DNA from: Ignavibacteria bacterium
Lineage (GTDB): Bacteria > Bacteroidota > Ignavibacteria > Tepidaquicellales > OLB5
Length of the DNA: 64,000 nucleotides
Reading direction: 5' to 3'
Assembly (NCBI GenBank): GCA_030835025.1
Contig: JAUQWS010000109.1
Coordinates: 61,847-125,846 of the forward strand
In this document: in pieces, positions 37,542-47,527 of the stretch
How positions within the stretch are numbered: the first letter of the stretch is position 1
Layout of the letters: each line of letters begins with the position of its first letter
Program-made: the position numbers and the translations under genes
The notes under the pieces: model-generated
The model's database searches: none
What the model saw: the letters and a program-made list of their open reading frames with translations, nothing else
What the model was told of the DNA's origin: nothing

Positions 37542-38291
37542 TCAGTAATTACGCTGTCTTAGTATCTCAAATAACACCACACCTGCAGAAACCGATACAT
37601 TCAGGCTTTCAATTTTTCCTGCCATTGGGATATTTATCAGATCATCGCAAAGATTTATGATGTTCTTTCTAAGCCCTTCTCCTTCGCTTCCGAATACAAT
37701 TGCGCATTTTTCAGGGAATTCATAACTGTAAATACTGGTATCTGAATTTAATACCGTACCCACAATAGTATATCCACTTTCTTTCAGCATCTCCAATGTT
37801 TGATAAATATTGTATTCCTTCGATATTTTGACATAATTTGTAGCTCCGGATGAAGCTTTTATCACCGTATGATTCACTTTTACAGAATTCTTATCCGAAA
37901 TGATGATACCATCTGCCCCGGAAGCAGCTGCTGTCCTTATAACGGCTCCAAAGTTATGTGGGTCTGTGATTTCATCAAGTACAATGAGAGTTGTTTTGGT
38001 TTTGCCGGCCTCATCAAGGGACTTCAGTATTTCTGTTGTCTTGTGATAAACAAAATCCTGTACATCTGCAATTATACCTTGAGAAATGCCGTCAGATTTG
38101 TCTTTCTTATCCAGCAGCTTTTCAAACTCTTGTTTAGGGACTCTTTGAACAATAATATTTTTAGATTCAGCTTTTGCTGCTATTTCCTTTAATTTATTAT
38201 CCGTTAGAGTATTCAGTAAAAGGATCTTTTTTATTGTTTCGGGATTGCTTTTGAGTGTTTCAATTACTGGATTTCGTCCAATTACAAGCAT
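37542..38291 (-). CDS. rlmB: 23S rRNA (guanosine-2'-O)-methyltransferase, SpoU/TrmH group 3
   Basis: 249 aa. N-terminal substrate-binding domain plus SPOUT motifs (LDEITDPHNFGAVIRTAAA, VFGSEGEGL, IPMAGKIESLNVSVSAGV). Confidence 0.8.
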   Translation of the reverse strand: MLVIGRNPVIETLKSNPETIKKILLLNTLTDNKLKEIAAKAESKNIIVQRVPKQEFEKLLDKKDKSDGISQGIIADVQDFVYHKTTEILKSLDEAGKTKTTLIVLDEITDPHNFGAVIRTAAASGADGIIISDKNSVKVNHTVIKASSGATNYVKISKEYNIYQTLEMLKESGYTIVGTVLNSDTSIYSYEFPEKCAIVFGSEGEGLRKNIINLCDDLINIPMAGKIESLNVSVSAGVVLFEILRQRNY

Positions 38292-38402
38292 TAATTCTTT
38301 CTATGTTTTTGTTTATATTTGAGGATTGACACATCTATTTCATAATAATACCATTAGATTCTCTTTATCTCAATCATAAAATTAATGCGGCAGGGCTGAC
38401 GT

Positions 38403-39710
38403 ATGAGTACTGATCTTCAAAGACCAAATCACACCAAAACGTTCCGCAAAAGGCGAGGTTTGAACTGGATGACCCTAGGATTGACATATGCAGGAATGTA
38501 TATGGCAAGATATAATTTTGGTTTTGCAAACAAACAGCTTTCAGATACTTACGGTTTTTCAATGACGGAAATCGGCTCAATTATTACAGCCAGTACTTTG
38601 ATTTACGGAGTTTCCGCCATGTTTAATGGACCGATTGCGGATAGATGGGGCGGAAGGAGGGCAATGATAACAGGTGCCGCAGGTGCCTGCATATTCAACT
38701 TTGCATTCGGACTGGCAGCATATTTCGGTTTCCTTGGCACAGGCACTGTCATGCTGATATATTTAGCCTCTGCATGGACGCTTAACCAGTATTTCCAGTC
38801 ATATAGTGCACTTGCACTCATAAAAGTAAATGCAGGCTGGTTCCATGTAACAGAAAGGGGAGTATTCTCTGCGATTTTCGGATCAATGATACAAAGCGGC
38901 AGATTCGCAGTCTATGCTTTAATGACTACTGCACTTGTTGCAGCCCTTCCGTGGCAATGGAAATTCTTTCTGCCGGCGATGATAGTTGGATTGTTCACTT
39001 TCCTTACATTCCTGTTCGTTAAGGATTCGCCCAAAGAAGCCGGACTTGATGATTTCGACCCGCAGGATGCAACCAGCGGTGACACAGAAAAGATCACGCT
39101 GGCATATGTTGCTAAGAAAGTATTTACTAATCCGATCGCCATAACAATTGCCATTGCTGAGTTCTGCACGGGTCTTGTCCGAAAAGGCTTTGAAGAATGG
39201 TTCCCAAGGTACATGCAGGAGGTCCACCACTTAGCCCTTGATAACCCCATTTTTCAGAGAAATGCCTTTGCTGTCGTACTCGCAGGCGTTGCAGGCGCAT
39301 TTGTAGCGGGTTTTCTTTCGGATAAGGTCTTTGGTAGCCGAAGACCACCCGTTGCTTTCCTTGGTTACGTAATTCAGATAATAAGTCTGACTATTGTTGC
39401 TCTTGCCCCGAGCCTTGAAGCAATAATCATTGCTTTCACTTTCAATTCTCTTGCAATTTCAATGGTTCACTCAATGCTCTCAGGAACTGCCTCAATGGAT
39501 TTCGGCGGCAAGCGCGCTGCGGCTACAGCTGCCGGTATGTTTGACGGAATGCAGTATATCGGCGGCTCAGTTATGGGTGTTGGTGCAGGCTGGCTTATAG
39601 AAACATATGGTTGGGGCTCGTGGGGACCCAGTATGGTCGGATTTTCAGCAATAGGTGCAATACTGATGCTTAAGCTGTGGAATGCAAGGCCCTCCAGAGG
39701 AGGACATTGA
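38403..39710 (+). CDS. MFS transporter, organophosphate:phosphate antiporter (GlpT/UhpC)-like
   Basis: 12-TM pattern. N-terminal YMARYNFGFANKQL and GPIADRWGGRR loop resemble the OPA family. Confidence 0.6.
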   Translation: MSTDLQRPNHTKTFRKRRGLNWMTLGLTYAGMYMARYNFGFANKQLSDTYGFSMTEIGSIITASTLIYGVSAMFNGPIADRWGGRRAMITGAAGACIFNFAFGLAAYFGFLGTGTVMLIYLASAWTLNQYFQSYSALALIKVNAGWFHVTERGVFSAIFGSMIQSGRFAVYALMTTALVAALPWQWKFFLPAMIVGLFTFLTFLFVKDSPKEAGLDDFDPQDATSGDTEKITLAYVAKKVFTNPIAITIAIAEFCTGLVRKGFEEWFPRYMQEVHHLALDNPIFQRNAFAVVLAGVAGAFVAGFLSDKVFGSRRPPVAFLGYVIQIISLTIVALAPSLEAIIIAFTFNSLAISMVHSMLSGTASMDFGGKRAAATAAGMFDGMQYIGGSVMGVGAGWLIETYGWGSWGPSMVGFSAIGAILMLKLWNARPSRGGH

Positions 39711-39730
39711 GGAGTAGTGCCAAAACCCTG

Positions 39731-40414
39731 ATGACAAATAGTTTCACTATGCCTCAAATCGCCATTGAGAATATAATGTTTGATTTGGATGGAACAGTAA
39801 CAAACTCTGAAAAGGGAATCGTCAATTCTTATTTGTATGCTCTTTGCGAATTGAATTTAATTGAGCCTGAACCGGCCAAAATATCGCAATACATAGGAAG
39901 ACCCTTGCATACTTATTTTGCGGAAAGACATTTAATACCAAATGAAGCACTTTCCCGCGCAGTTCAGCTGTATAGAGTGTATTATTCTGCAAAAGGAATT
40001 TTTGAAAATACTCTATATGACGGCATTGAAGAACTTCTGGTAATATTAGGCAATTCAGGCAAGAAGATCTTTTTGGTTACAGGAAAGCCGGAAGTATTTG
40101 TACGCACAATCCTGCAGCACTTCAAAATCGAAAAATATTTCCGGAATGTTTACGGTTCAGACCTGGGAACAGTTAATTCTTCCAAGCAGTCCCTGATAAA
40201 TGAGTTCCTGATAAATGAAAAAGCACTAGCGGAAAAAAGCCTGATGATAGGGGACAGGAAAGAAGATATTCTTGGGGCAAAGAACTGCGGCGTATTTACT
40301 GAAGGTGTTACATACGGATTTGGTGATGAGAAAGAGATCTCCGAAGCAGGTCCTGATATTATTTTCAGAGATGTTCTCGAAATGATACGGTATTTCTCAA
40401 ATAAAAAAGGATAA
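39731..40414 (+). CDS. HAD-superfamily phosphatase (phosphoglycolate phosphatase-like)
   Basis: Motif I FDLDGTVTNS, motif II VTGK, motif IV GDRKEDI. The ORF-track start (39677) overlaps the MFS gene; the ATGs at 39731 or 39749 are more plausible. Confidence 0.7.
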   Translation: MTNSFTMPQIAIENIMFDLDGTVTNSEKGIVNSYLYALCELNLIEPEPAKISQYIGRPLHTYFAERHLIPNEALSRAVQLYRVYYSAKGIFENTLYDGIEELLVILGNSGKKIFLVTGKPEVFVRTILQHFKIEKYFRNVYGSDLGTVNSSKQSLINEFLINEKALAEKSLMIGDRKEDILGAKNCGVFTEGVTYGFGDEKEISEAGPDIIFRDVLEMIRYFSNKKG

Positions 40415-40431
40415 GCTTCTTCAGCTTATCC
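40400..40431 (-). terminator. rho-independent terminator of nuoK-nuoL (minus strand), overlapping the HAD stop codon
   Basis: GGATAAGCT-5 nt-AGCTTATCC perfect 9-bp stem. On the minus strand it is followed by TTTTTTATTT. Confidence 0.7.
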
Positions 40432-40460
40432 CTTCTCCTCCTTTTATATCCTCCTGAAAA

Positions 40461-42356
40461 CTATTTCAAAAGTATATATAGGATAATCGCTACTATACCA
40501 GCTACAGAGAAAATAGCATAATCCTGTACAACACCCGTTTGTATTTTGCGCCAGTCAATTGAAAGGCTGTTGAAGAAATTTGCCGTTCCGTTGACAGCTC
40601 CATCGATTATCTTTACATCAAAAATCTTATAGAATATATCGGAAAGACGCCTGAGTGGCTTTACAATAATTGCGTCATATATTTCATCTACTCTGTATTT
40701 ATCTCTTAACAGATCATAAAACCCTCCGGAGAATGCATAAAGCTTCTCACCTGATGAGAACGCTCTGTATGAGAGAAGTATCGCTATGGCTGCGACAAGT
40801 ACGGAAGTAATGATCAGTACAATTTCTGTTGATTCAACAATGTGATGTTCAGGCAATACTGCCCATGCCGATGCAAAGACCGGTGAAAGGAAATGCTCGA
40901 TTAGATTAGTTCCAATTATGTGAGGTATGCCTATGAATCCGCCCAGGACTGAAAGAACCGCAAGTATTATAAGAGGTACTGTCATAACAGCGGGTGATTC
41001 ATGCGGATGTACAGATTCACTGTACCTTGGTTTCCCATAAAACGTTAAGCTGATTAACCTGAAAATATAGAACGCTGTCAAAAATGCCGTAATAAGTGCA
41101 AGTCCGAAAACTATATAATTGCCGCTGAAGAAAAGCTTAGAAAGGATTTCGTCCTTGCTGAAGAAGCCCGAAAAGGGGGGAATACCTGAGATCGCAATGC
41201 CTCCCATAAGGAAAGTAATGAAAGTGATCTTCATCTTACTCTTCAGTCCGCCCATCTTTGTAACATCCTGCTCTTCGTGCATTCCGTGGATCACGGATCC
41301 TGCCCCGAGGAACATAAGAGCTTTGAAGAACGCGTGAGTGGTTACGTGAAATATTCCCGTAGAAAATGCGCCAACACCCATTGCCATAAACATGAATCCA
41401 AGCTGGCTGACTGTTGAATATGCGAGTATCTTTTTGATATCATTTTGTGCAATTGCAATTGTTGCCGCCATCAGGGCTGTCAAACAGCCGATAACAACTA
41501 CAACGTTCATAGTAATCGGAGCCATTGCAAACAGCAGGGAAGTCCTGCCGATCATATAAACTCCCGCAGTGACCATTGTGGCAGCATGAATGAGTGCAGA
41601 AACAGGAGTCGGGCCCGCCATTGCATCAGGCAGCCAGATAAACAGCGGTATTTGAGCTGATTTTCCGGTTGCACCGACAAAAAGAAGAAGAGTAATAATT
41701 GTTATTGTTGAAACAGCAACCGTTGTGCCTGCAAGTGCAGCGTTAATGCCGAGGAAGTTCAATGTGCCGAAACTTGAGAAGATGAAGAACATTCCAAGCA
41801 GAAACCCGAAGTCACCGATACGGTTCACCCAGAAAGCTTTGTTGGCCGCATCGCCGGTAAATTTCTTTTCGTAAAAAAATCCGATGAGCAGGTATGAGCA
41901 CAGACCAACGCCTTCCCATCCAAGAAACATAAGCAGCATATTATCGCCAAGCACCAGATTCAGCATTGCAAAAATGAAGAGATTCATAAATGCAAAAAAC
42001 CTTGCAACACCACTATCACCGTGCATATATCCGATGGCATAAACGTGAATGAGGAAACCCACTCCGGTAACAATCAGGCACATAGTCACTGAAAGGGGAT
42101 CTACAAGATAAGCTGCTGAAATGCTGATTGAACCTGTTGTTATCCAGTTGAATAGCGGAACTGTAATTGTCCGCGCTTCTTCAGGCAAAGTTGTGATATG
42201 AAGATAAGCCAGAACGGTTATTACGAATGAGCCAAAAACCGTCAATGAACCGATTATGCCGGATACTTTTTCGTTTTTGATCTTCGCGCCGAACAATCCG
42301 TTTATAAGGAAGCCGATCAATGGCAATACAGTAATGAAGTAGAAATACTTTACCAT
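40461..42356 (-). CDS. nuoL: NADH-quinone oxidoreductase subunit L
   Basis: 631 aa polytopic protein. Antiporter-like core ([30 protein letters not shown]) plus a long C-terminal extension typical of NuoL. Confidence 0.9.
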   Translation of the reverse strand: MVKYFYFITVLPLIGFLINGLFGAKIKNEKVSGIIGSLTVFGSFVITVLAYLHITTLPEEARTITVPLFNWITTGSISISAAYLVDPLSVTMCLIVTGVGFLIHVYAIGYMHGDSGVARFFAFMNLFIFAMLNLVLGDNMLLMFLGWEGVGLCSYLLIGFFYEKKFTGDAANKAFWVNRIGDFGFLLGMFFIFSSFGTLNFLGINAALAGTTVAVSTITIITLLLFVGATGKSAQIPLFIWLPDAMAGPTPVSALIHAATMVTAGVYMIGRTSLLFAMAPITMNVVVVIGCLTALMAATIAIAQNDIKKILAYSTVSQLGFMFMAMGVGAFSTGIFHVTTHAFFKALMFLGAGSVIHGMHEEQDVTKMGGLKSKMKITFITFLMGGIAISGIPPFSGFFSKDEILSKLFFSGNYIVFGLALITAFLTAFYIFRLISLTFYGKPRYSESVHPHESPAVMTVPLIILAVLSVLGGFIGIPHIIGTNLIEHFLSPVFASAWAVLPEHHIVESTEIVLIITSVLVAAIAILLSYRAFSSGEKLYAFSGGFYDLLRDKYRVDEIYDAIIVKPLRRLSDIFYKIFDVKIIDGAVNGTANFFNSLSIDWRKIQTGVVQDYAIFSVAGIVAIILYILLK

Positions 42357-42649
42357 TTCAAAATATTAATTTCGTCGAGGTTAATGGTTGATTTGTTCCT
42401 GTACAGCGCAATAATAATGGCCAGGCCTATAGCTGCTTCTGCAGCAGATACTGTCATGATGAAAAATACAAAGATCTGTCCGTTTAAATTGCCAAGGAAT
42501 GTTGAGAATGTTACAAATACAAGGTTAACGGAGTTTAGCATAAGTTCAATACACATAAAAACCACTATTGCATTACGTCTGACAAGTACACCTATAACCC
42601 CGATTGAAAACAACAGTAAAGCTAAAATGAGGTAGAAATTTATATCCAT
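42350..42649 (-). CDS. nuoK: NADH-quinone oxidoreductase subunit K
   Basis: 99 aa with 3 TM helices. Motifs [11 protein letters not shown] and [10 protein letters not shown]. Overlaps nuoL by 7 nt. Confidence 0.9.
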   Translation of the reverse strand: MDINFYLILALLLFSIGVIGVLVRRNAIVVFMCIELMLNSVNLVFVTFSTFLGNLNGQIFVFFIMTVSAAEAAIGLAIIIALYRNKSTINLDEINILKW

Positions 42650-43065
42650 TTACAAAAATACGAGTAATATTCAATTTTATCAATTATTAAATGAATCTGC
42701 ACTGCTTTACATTCTAGTATAAGCTTCTGAATGAAAGCAAGCCTAATTTCATTTTTGAAGCTTGGTTTCATAATTGGTTACAATAATTTGGCAGACAAAT
42801 TCTCTGGAGTAAAGTCAGCTTATTCAACCGTGCAAAGCAAACTTCGTAAAGCATATACCAGATATAGAAAAGGGTAGTAGCTAAATGCTTATCGAAATGA
42901 TGATGAAATAAAGCGATTTAACATAACACGTAACTTTACATAATATATATTATTTCTCATTTATTCCACAAAGAGGTAAAAACAGTGTTTCATTGATTGA
43001 TTTTAGATATTTCTTTGATTAGTTTTGATACAGAATTCTACTGAATAAACGTTATACTATCCTCA

Positions 43066-43554
43066 ATGCCAAAATCTAAGATTACGCTGAACATAACTCT
43101 AGCATTTGTTTCACTGTTTTTTTTGTCATTCAGTTCGGAATCACAGGAAGTTTGGAAGGACAATTGGAACGCACAAATCGTTATCCTTGACAGCACTTTC
43201 TATCCTATCCAAAGGCAGCTGCGTCTATCCAGGAGCTACCAGAACGATGCCAATGAAGCCAAGATCCTTGCTGACATTGACTCTTTGAATCACTTCAAAG
43301 CTGAAATAAACAGTGTAATTGACCAATGCAATATGCTGGAACTGCCTGATACAGTTGACGGCAGAAATGCCGCCGAAGCCGTGAGACTCAAAATTGAGGC
43401 CTTAAAAGAGTATCTGGAGCAATGCCAGATTCAGATACGCATCAATAACGAAATTCTTCAGAAGAAGCTCAAGAATGAGACCCTTAATTTTAAGGTGCTT
43501 GAAACAGAAGAAGTGACCAAAGGTATCAAAACATACATGCCAAACCTCAAATGA
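43066..43554 (+). CDS. hypothetical secreted coiled-coil protein
   Basis: Signal peptide (LAFVSLFFLSFSS), then a helical, charged sequence. No family recognised. Confidence 0.45.
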   Translation: MPKSKITLNITLAFVSLFFLSFSSESQEVWKDNWNAQIVILDSTFYPIQRQLRLSRSYQNDANEAKILADIDSLNHFKAEINSVIDQCNMLELPDTVDGRNAAEAVRLKIEALKEYLEQCQIQIRINNEILQKKLKNETLNFKVLETEEVTKGIKTYMPNLK

Positions 43555-43649
43555 GTGTTTAAAACTCAAAAAAATGCTGACTTAAATCATTGTTGCCATT
43601 TTCTTAAAAAGGTATATTTGTATATGCAAATAACCAAATTTCAACCTAT

Positions 43650-44984
43650 ATGAACAAAATCAATGTGGTAATAATGGGCGCCGCCGGCAGGGATTTTCAC
43701 AATTTTAACGTGGTTTATAGAGATAATCCTTTATACAATGTCGTTGCCTTTACAGCAACACAAATACCAAATATCGATGACAGGAAATACCCGGCAGCGC
43801 TTGCCGGAAAACTTTATCCCAAAGGAATCCCGATCCATCCCGAGGCTGAACTAACAGATATAATCAGAAGACAGAAAATCGACCAGGTTGTATTTGCCTA
43901 TTCTGATGTACCTTTCGCATACGTTATGGCAAAAGGAGCTGAGGTTAACGCCGCTGGTGCCGACTTCATCACTCTGGGAGCTCGCCAGACGATGATACGC
44001 GCAAATAAGCCGCTAATATCGGTTGTTGCAAGCAGGACCGGTGCGGGAAAGAGTCAAACATCCCGAAAAGTCGTTGAAATTCTCCAGAAACTCGGCAAAA
44101 AAACAGTTTCTATCAGACACCCTATGCCTTACGGTGATCTAGTAAAACAGAGAGTCCAGAGATTCGGAAAGGTCTCAGACCTTAAGAAACACAATTGCAC
44201 GATCGAAGAAATGGAAGAATATGAACCGCATGTTGTAAGGGGAAATGTTATATTTGCAGGAGTTGATTACGAAGCAATTGTAAGGCAGGCTGAAAAGGAA
44301 GCTGACATTATCATATGGGATGGCGGGAATAATGATGTTTCGTTCTACGAATCCGACCTCACAATAACTGTTGTAGATCCCCACAGGGCCGGACACGAAA
44401 TGAGTTACTACCCGGGCAGAACAAATGTGCTGCTTTCTGATGTAATAGTTATAAATAAGATAGATTCAGCTAACCTTGAATCAATTAATACAGTTAGAGA
44501 AAACGTTCTAAAGGTAAATCCGGGAGTCAAAATAGTAGAAGCAGCCTCCCCTATTTCAATTGATAATGATAAGAACCTGTCCCTTATCAAAGGCAAGCGT
44601 GTATTGGTTATAGAAGACGGCCCAACTTTAACACATGGCGAAATGAAGTTTGGCGCAGGCACAATTGCAGCTCAGAAGTTTGAAGCAGCCGAGATAGTTG
44701 ATCCAAGGCCGTATGCTACCAAGAGCATCAAGCAGACATATGAAAAGTATCCGAAGATCGGAATACTGCTGCCGGCAATGGGCTATGGTGATTCGCAAAT
44801 GAAAGATCTTGAGGCAACTATAGCCAAAGTGCCGTGTGATTCGGTCATAATAGGCACTCCGATCGATCTCAGGCGAATTATTAAAATAAAACAGCCTGCA
44901 TTGAGAGTCTCATATGACCTACAGGAAATTGGCAAACCTGATCTTAAAGGTATTTTGACTGAATTTGTAAAGAAACAGGGCTGA
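43650..44984 (+). CDS. P-loop NTPase of unknown function (cyclic 2,3-diphosphoglycerate synthetase-like GTPase family, tentative)
   Basis: N-terminal Rossmann-like VVIMGAAGRDFHNFN, Walker A SRTGAGKSQTS, Walker B-like IIIWDGGNND, and NKID. The family name is from memory only. Confidence 0.45.
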   Translation: MNKINVVIMGAAGRDFHNFNVVYRDNPLYNVVAFTATQIPNIDDRKYPAALAGKLYPKGIPIHPEAELTDIIRRQKIDQVVFAYSDVPFAYVMAKGAEVNAAGADFITLGARQTMIRANKPLISVVASRTGAGKSQTSRKVVEILQKLGKKTVSIRHPMPYGDLVKQRVQRFGKVSDLKKHNCTIEEMEEYEPHVVRGNVIFAGVDYEAIVRQAEKEADIIIWDGGNNDVSFYESDLTITVVDPHRAGHEMSYYPGRTNVLLSDVIVINKIDSANLESINTVRENVLKVNPGVKIVEAASPISIDNDKNLSLIKGKRVLVIEDGPTLTHGEMKFGAGTIAAQKFEAAEIVDPRPYATKSIKQTYEKYPKIGILLPAMGYGDSQMKDLEATIAKVPCDSVIIGTPIDLRRIIKIKQPALRVSYDLQEIGKPDLKGILTEFVKKQG

Positions 44985-45058
44985 TTATCAGAAAAATTGA
45001 AAAATACAATACCTGGGACGAAATCTCAGGACTGAGCAAAGAAAAAAGGCTTAAGTTT

Positions 45059-46042
45059 TTGAATAGCGGCCCAGTTACACATATTCTTTCATCACTGCAG
45101 TTTGATACAGATACACTTTACACACTTTTTGAGCTGGCCGATAGAATAAGGAAGATATCAAAATCTAAAGATGGACTTGATTTCCTTAGGACAATACTAT
45201 CACACAAACGCGCTGTATTGTACTTTGCCCAGCCTTCTACCCGCACTTATTTATCTTTCAATAATGCCTGCCAGATACTTGGAATACAAACGAGCGATAT
45301 GCGTTCTGCGGCGACGTCTTCAGAAGTTAAGGGTGAATCGATCGAAGATACGCTTGAAACCATGCATTCTTACACTGACATGATAATAATCAGGCATTCT
45401 GAAGATGATATTGCAGAAAAAGCGGCATGGATGTTCAACAGATCAGATAAGCCTATTCCTATTATTAATGCAGGTTCCGGACCTGTGGAGCACCCCACAC
45501 AGGCCTTGCTTGATGCATACACTATCCACAGAGCCTTTAAGGGCAAGATAAAGAATAAGACTATTGCAATAATTGGTGATTTAAGGCGCGGAAGGACAGT
45601 AAGATCACTGACATATTTACTTAAGAATTTCCCCGGGATCAGGTTCAATTACGTCTCCCCTGCTGAACTCGCATTACCCGCGGATGTTAAGAATTATCTC
45701 CAAAAACACGAAATAGCCTTTGAAGAAAGTGATAATCTTGATAAAGCAGTTAGGAAGTCAGACATTATTTATTCTACCAGAATACAAGATGAATATGACC
45801 AACACCATGAATCCTTAGCTATAGATTATACCAAATTCTACCTGAAAAAGAGCCATCTTGCACTTCTTAAGAAAGACTCAATAATCATGCATCCGCTGCC
45901 TCGCAGGAATGAAATACCTGCGGAAATTGATGCTGACAGCCGGGCTTGGTACTGGAAACAGGAGATCAATGGGCTCTGGATGCGTACAGCGATCATATCT
46001 CACATATTCAAAGAAGATGGATATATCTTGAACTACAGATAA
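45059..46042 (+). CDS. pyrB: aspartate carbamoyltransferase-like protein (ATCase/OTCase superfamily)
   Basis: PSTRTYLSF (STRT), IIRH, EHPTQALLD, GDLRRGRTVRSL, TRIQDE, HPLPR. The HPLPR and RTV blocks favour the ATCase type. The start codon is TTG. Confidence 0.65.
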   Translation: MNSGPVTHILSSLQFDTDTLYTLFELADRIRKISKSKDGLDFLRTILSHKRAVLYFAQPSTRTYLSFNNACQILGIQTSDMRSAATSSEVKGESIEDTLETMHSYTDMIIIRHSEDDIAEKAAWMFNRSDKPIPIINAGSGPVEHPTQALLDAYTIHRAFKGKIKNKTIAIIGDLRRGRTVRSLTYLLKNFPGIRFNYVSPAELALPADVKNYLQKHEIAFEESDNLDKAVRKSDIIYSTRIQDEYDQHHESLAIDYTKFYLKKSHLALLKKDSIIMHPLPRRNEIPAEIDADSRAWYWKQEINGLWMRTAIISHIFKEDGYILNYR

Positions 46043-46061
46043 TAACTATCATATAAATAAA

Positions 46062-46092
46062 GAAAAAAGCCTCTGAAATTCAGAGGCTTTCT
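46062..46092. terminator. bidirectional terminator between convergent pyrB-like and ssb genes
   Basis: AAAAAA-AGCCTCTG-AAATT-CAGAGGCT-TTCT. Confidence 0.7.
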
Positions 46093-46119
46093 AGTATATA
46101 CAATATTACCCTTATCTAA

Positions 46120-46548
46120 CTAGAACGGAAGGTCGTCATCTGAATTAGATGAATTACCAACCGGTTTTGTTGAGGCATTTGATGAAGAACCGCTGTTGGA
46201 AGCATCTCCGCTTCCTTTTGAATCCAGCATGATCATATCATCGATTATAACCTCAGTTTTGTAATGCTTTTTCTTGTTTTCATCCTCCCAATTAGAGGTT
46301 TCAAGTCTGCCTTCAACATACACTTTACTGCCCTTTTTAAGGTAATTAGAGCATGTTTCAGCAAGTCCCCGCCAGGCCTTAACATTATGCCATTCAGTCT
46401 TTTCCTGCCAGTTGCCTTCCTGGTCCTTCCATTTTAAGCCTGTTGCCACCGAAAAATTGACGACTGCAACGCCCGATTGTGTGTATTTGAGCTCCGGATC
46501 CTGACCCAGACGCCCGATAAGCATGACCTTGTTTAAATCTTTTGCCAT
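46120..46548 (-). CDS. ssb: single-stranded DNA-binding protein
   Basis: OB-fold N-terminus LNKVMLIGRLGQDPELKYT, a Gly/Ser-rich linker, and the acidic tail DDDLPF. Confidence 0.9.
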   Translation of the reverse strand: MAKDLNKVMLIGRLGQDPELKYTQSGVAVVNFSVATGLKWKDQEGNWQEKTEWHNVKAWRGLAETCSNYLKKGSKVYVEGRLETSNWEDENKKKHYKTEVIIDDMIMLDSKGSGDASNSGSSSNASTKPVGNSSNSDDDLPF

Positions 46549-46648
46549 TGTTTTCTCCTTTCAGAAAACAAGCCTATGATATTACCCGTTTTCTGACCGA
46601 AATGCGGTCAATAATACCAGCTTTCAAGTTAATTGTTTTTTGTTTTAG

Positions 46649-47527
46649 TTAATTTTGTTGGAATGAAAATTTATGTACAGCATCTTTTGCCAAAAACAAA
46701 ACGGTATTCTTGTCAAAAATTGTGATGTCTGTAATATTCTTAAAATAAGGGTACTTGTAGAATTTACTGTACTGCCCCTTCGTTAAGTCATAAATAATCA
46801 ATCCAGACGCGTGCAATATAAATAAATTTTCATTAAAAAAAGCAACACTTATTATTTCACCTTCGGTTTTTGGTGATAATTTCTTCACAAAAGTCCCAAA
46901 ATTATTAAAATTCAATATTTCTCCGTTGGCCTTATCCAGAATCCACACATCAAGCTGGTTGCCGTTTATTATCTTTGAAGGTTTTTCCATTCTGTCAGCT
47001 CCCAGGTTGCTCGATCCGAATAACAAGCTGACTTCGCTGTAATTGTTCAGTTTTGCTGCCTTAAAGTTTGTTGCATCACACAATACAAAAAGCTCGCCGG
47101 TTGAAAGCGTGGAGATTCCGGATGGGTTGAAAATCTTAGCAGAGCTTTCCGTAGACTGATTGTAAGTATTAAAATCGAATGAAAGAATGTAATTAAGTTT
47201 GAGGTCAAGCCTCTTGATACGATTATTCTGGTAATCCGCCACAAAAACGTCCAGACCGTTAGATGCATCAATGGAGAGGGGCAAATTCAACTCATTATCT
47301 CCAAGCCCCGGACCGCCAAATGATGCGAGTTCCTTGCCGCCTATATCAAGCTTGTATATCTTATTTAAGGCAAGATCTGAAACAAATATGAATTCTTCCC
47401 GTGAAGACGATATCGATACTGCATTCTGAAATTTTCCCAGACTTCCGAGATAATTAAGTGAGTCTTGTGAATTAAGCGAAGTGCAAATAACAACTAACGC
47501 TAGATATTTTGAGAGGAGTTTCTTCAA
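46649..47527 (-). CDS. secreted NHL-repeat-like beta-propeller protein
   Basis: Signal peptide. Repeats such as VFVADYQNNRIKRLD and LFVLCDATNFKAAKLN. The start overlaps the VWA gene stop by 4 nt. Confidence 0.5.
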   Translation of the reverse strand: MKKLLSKYLALVVICTSLNSQDSLNYLGSLGKFQNAVSISSSREEFIFVSDLALNKIYKLDIGGKELASFGGPGLGDNELNLPLSIDASNGLDVFVADYQNNRIKRLDLKLNYILSFDFNTYNQSTESSAKIFNPSGISTLSTGELFVLCDATNFKAAKLNNYSEVSLLFGSSNLGADRMEKPSKIINGNQLDVWILDKANGEILNFNNFGTFVKKLSPKTEGEIISVAFFNENLFILHASGLIIYDLTKGQYSKFYKYPYFKNITDITIFDKNTVLFLAKDAVHKFSFQQN

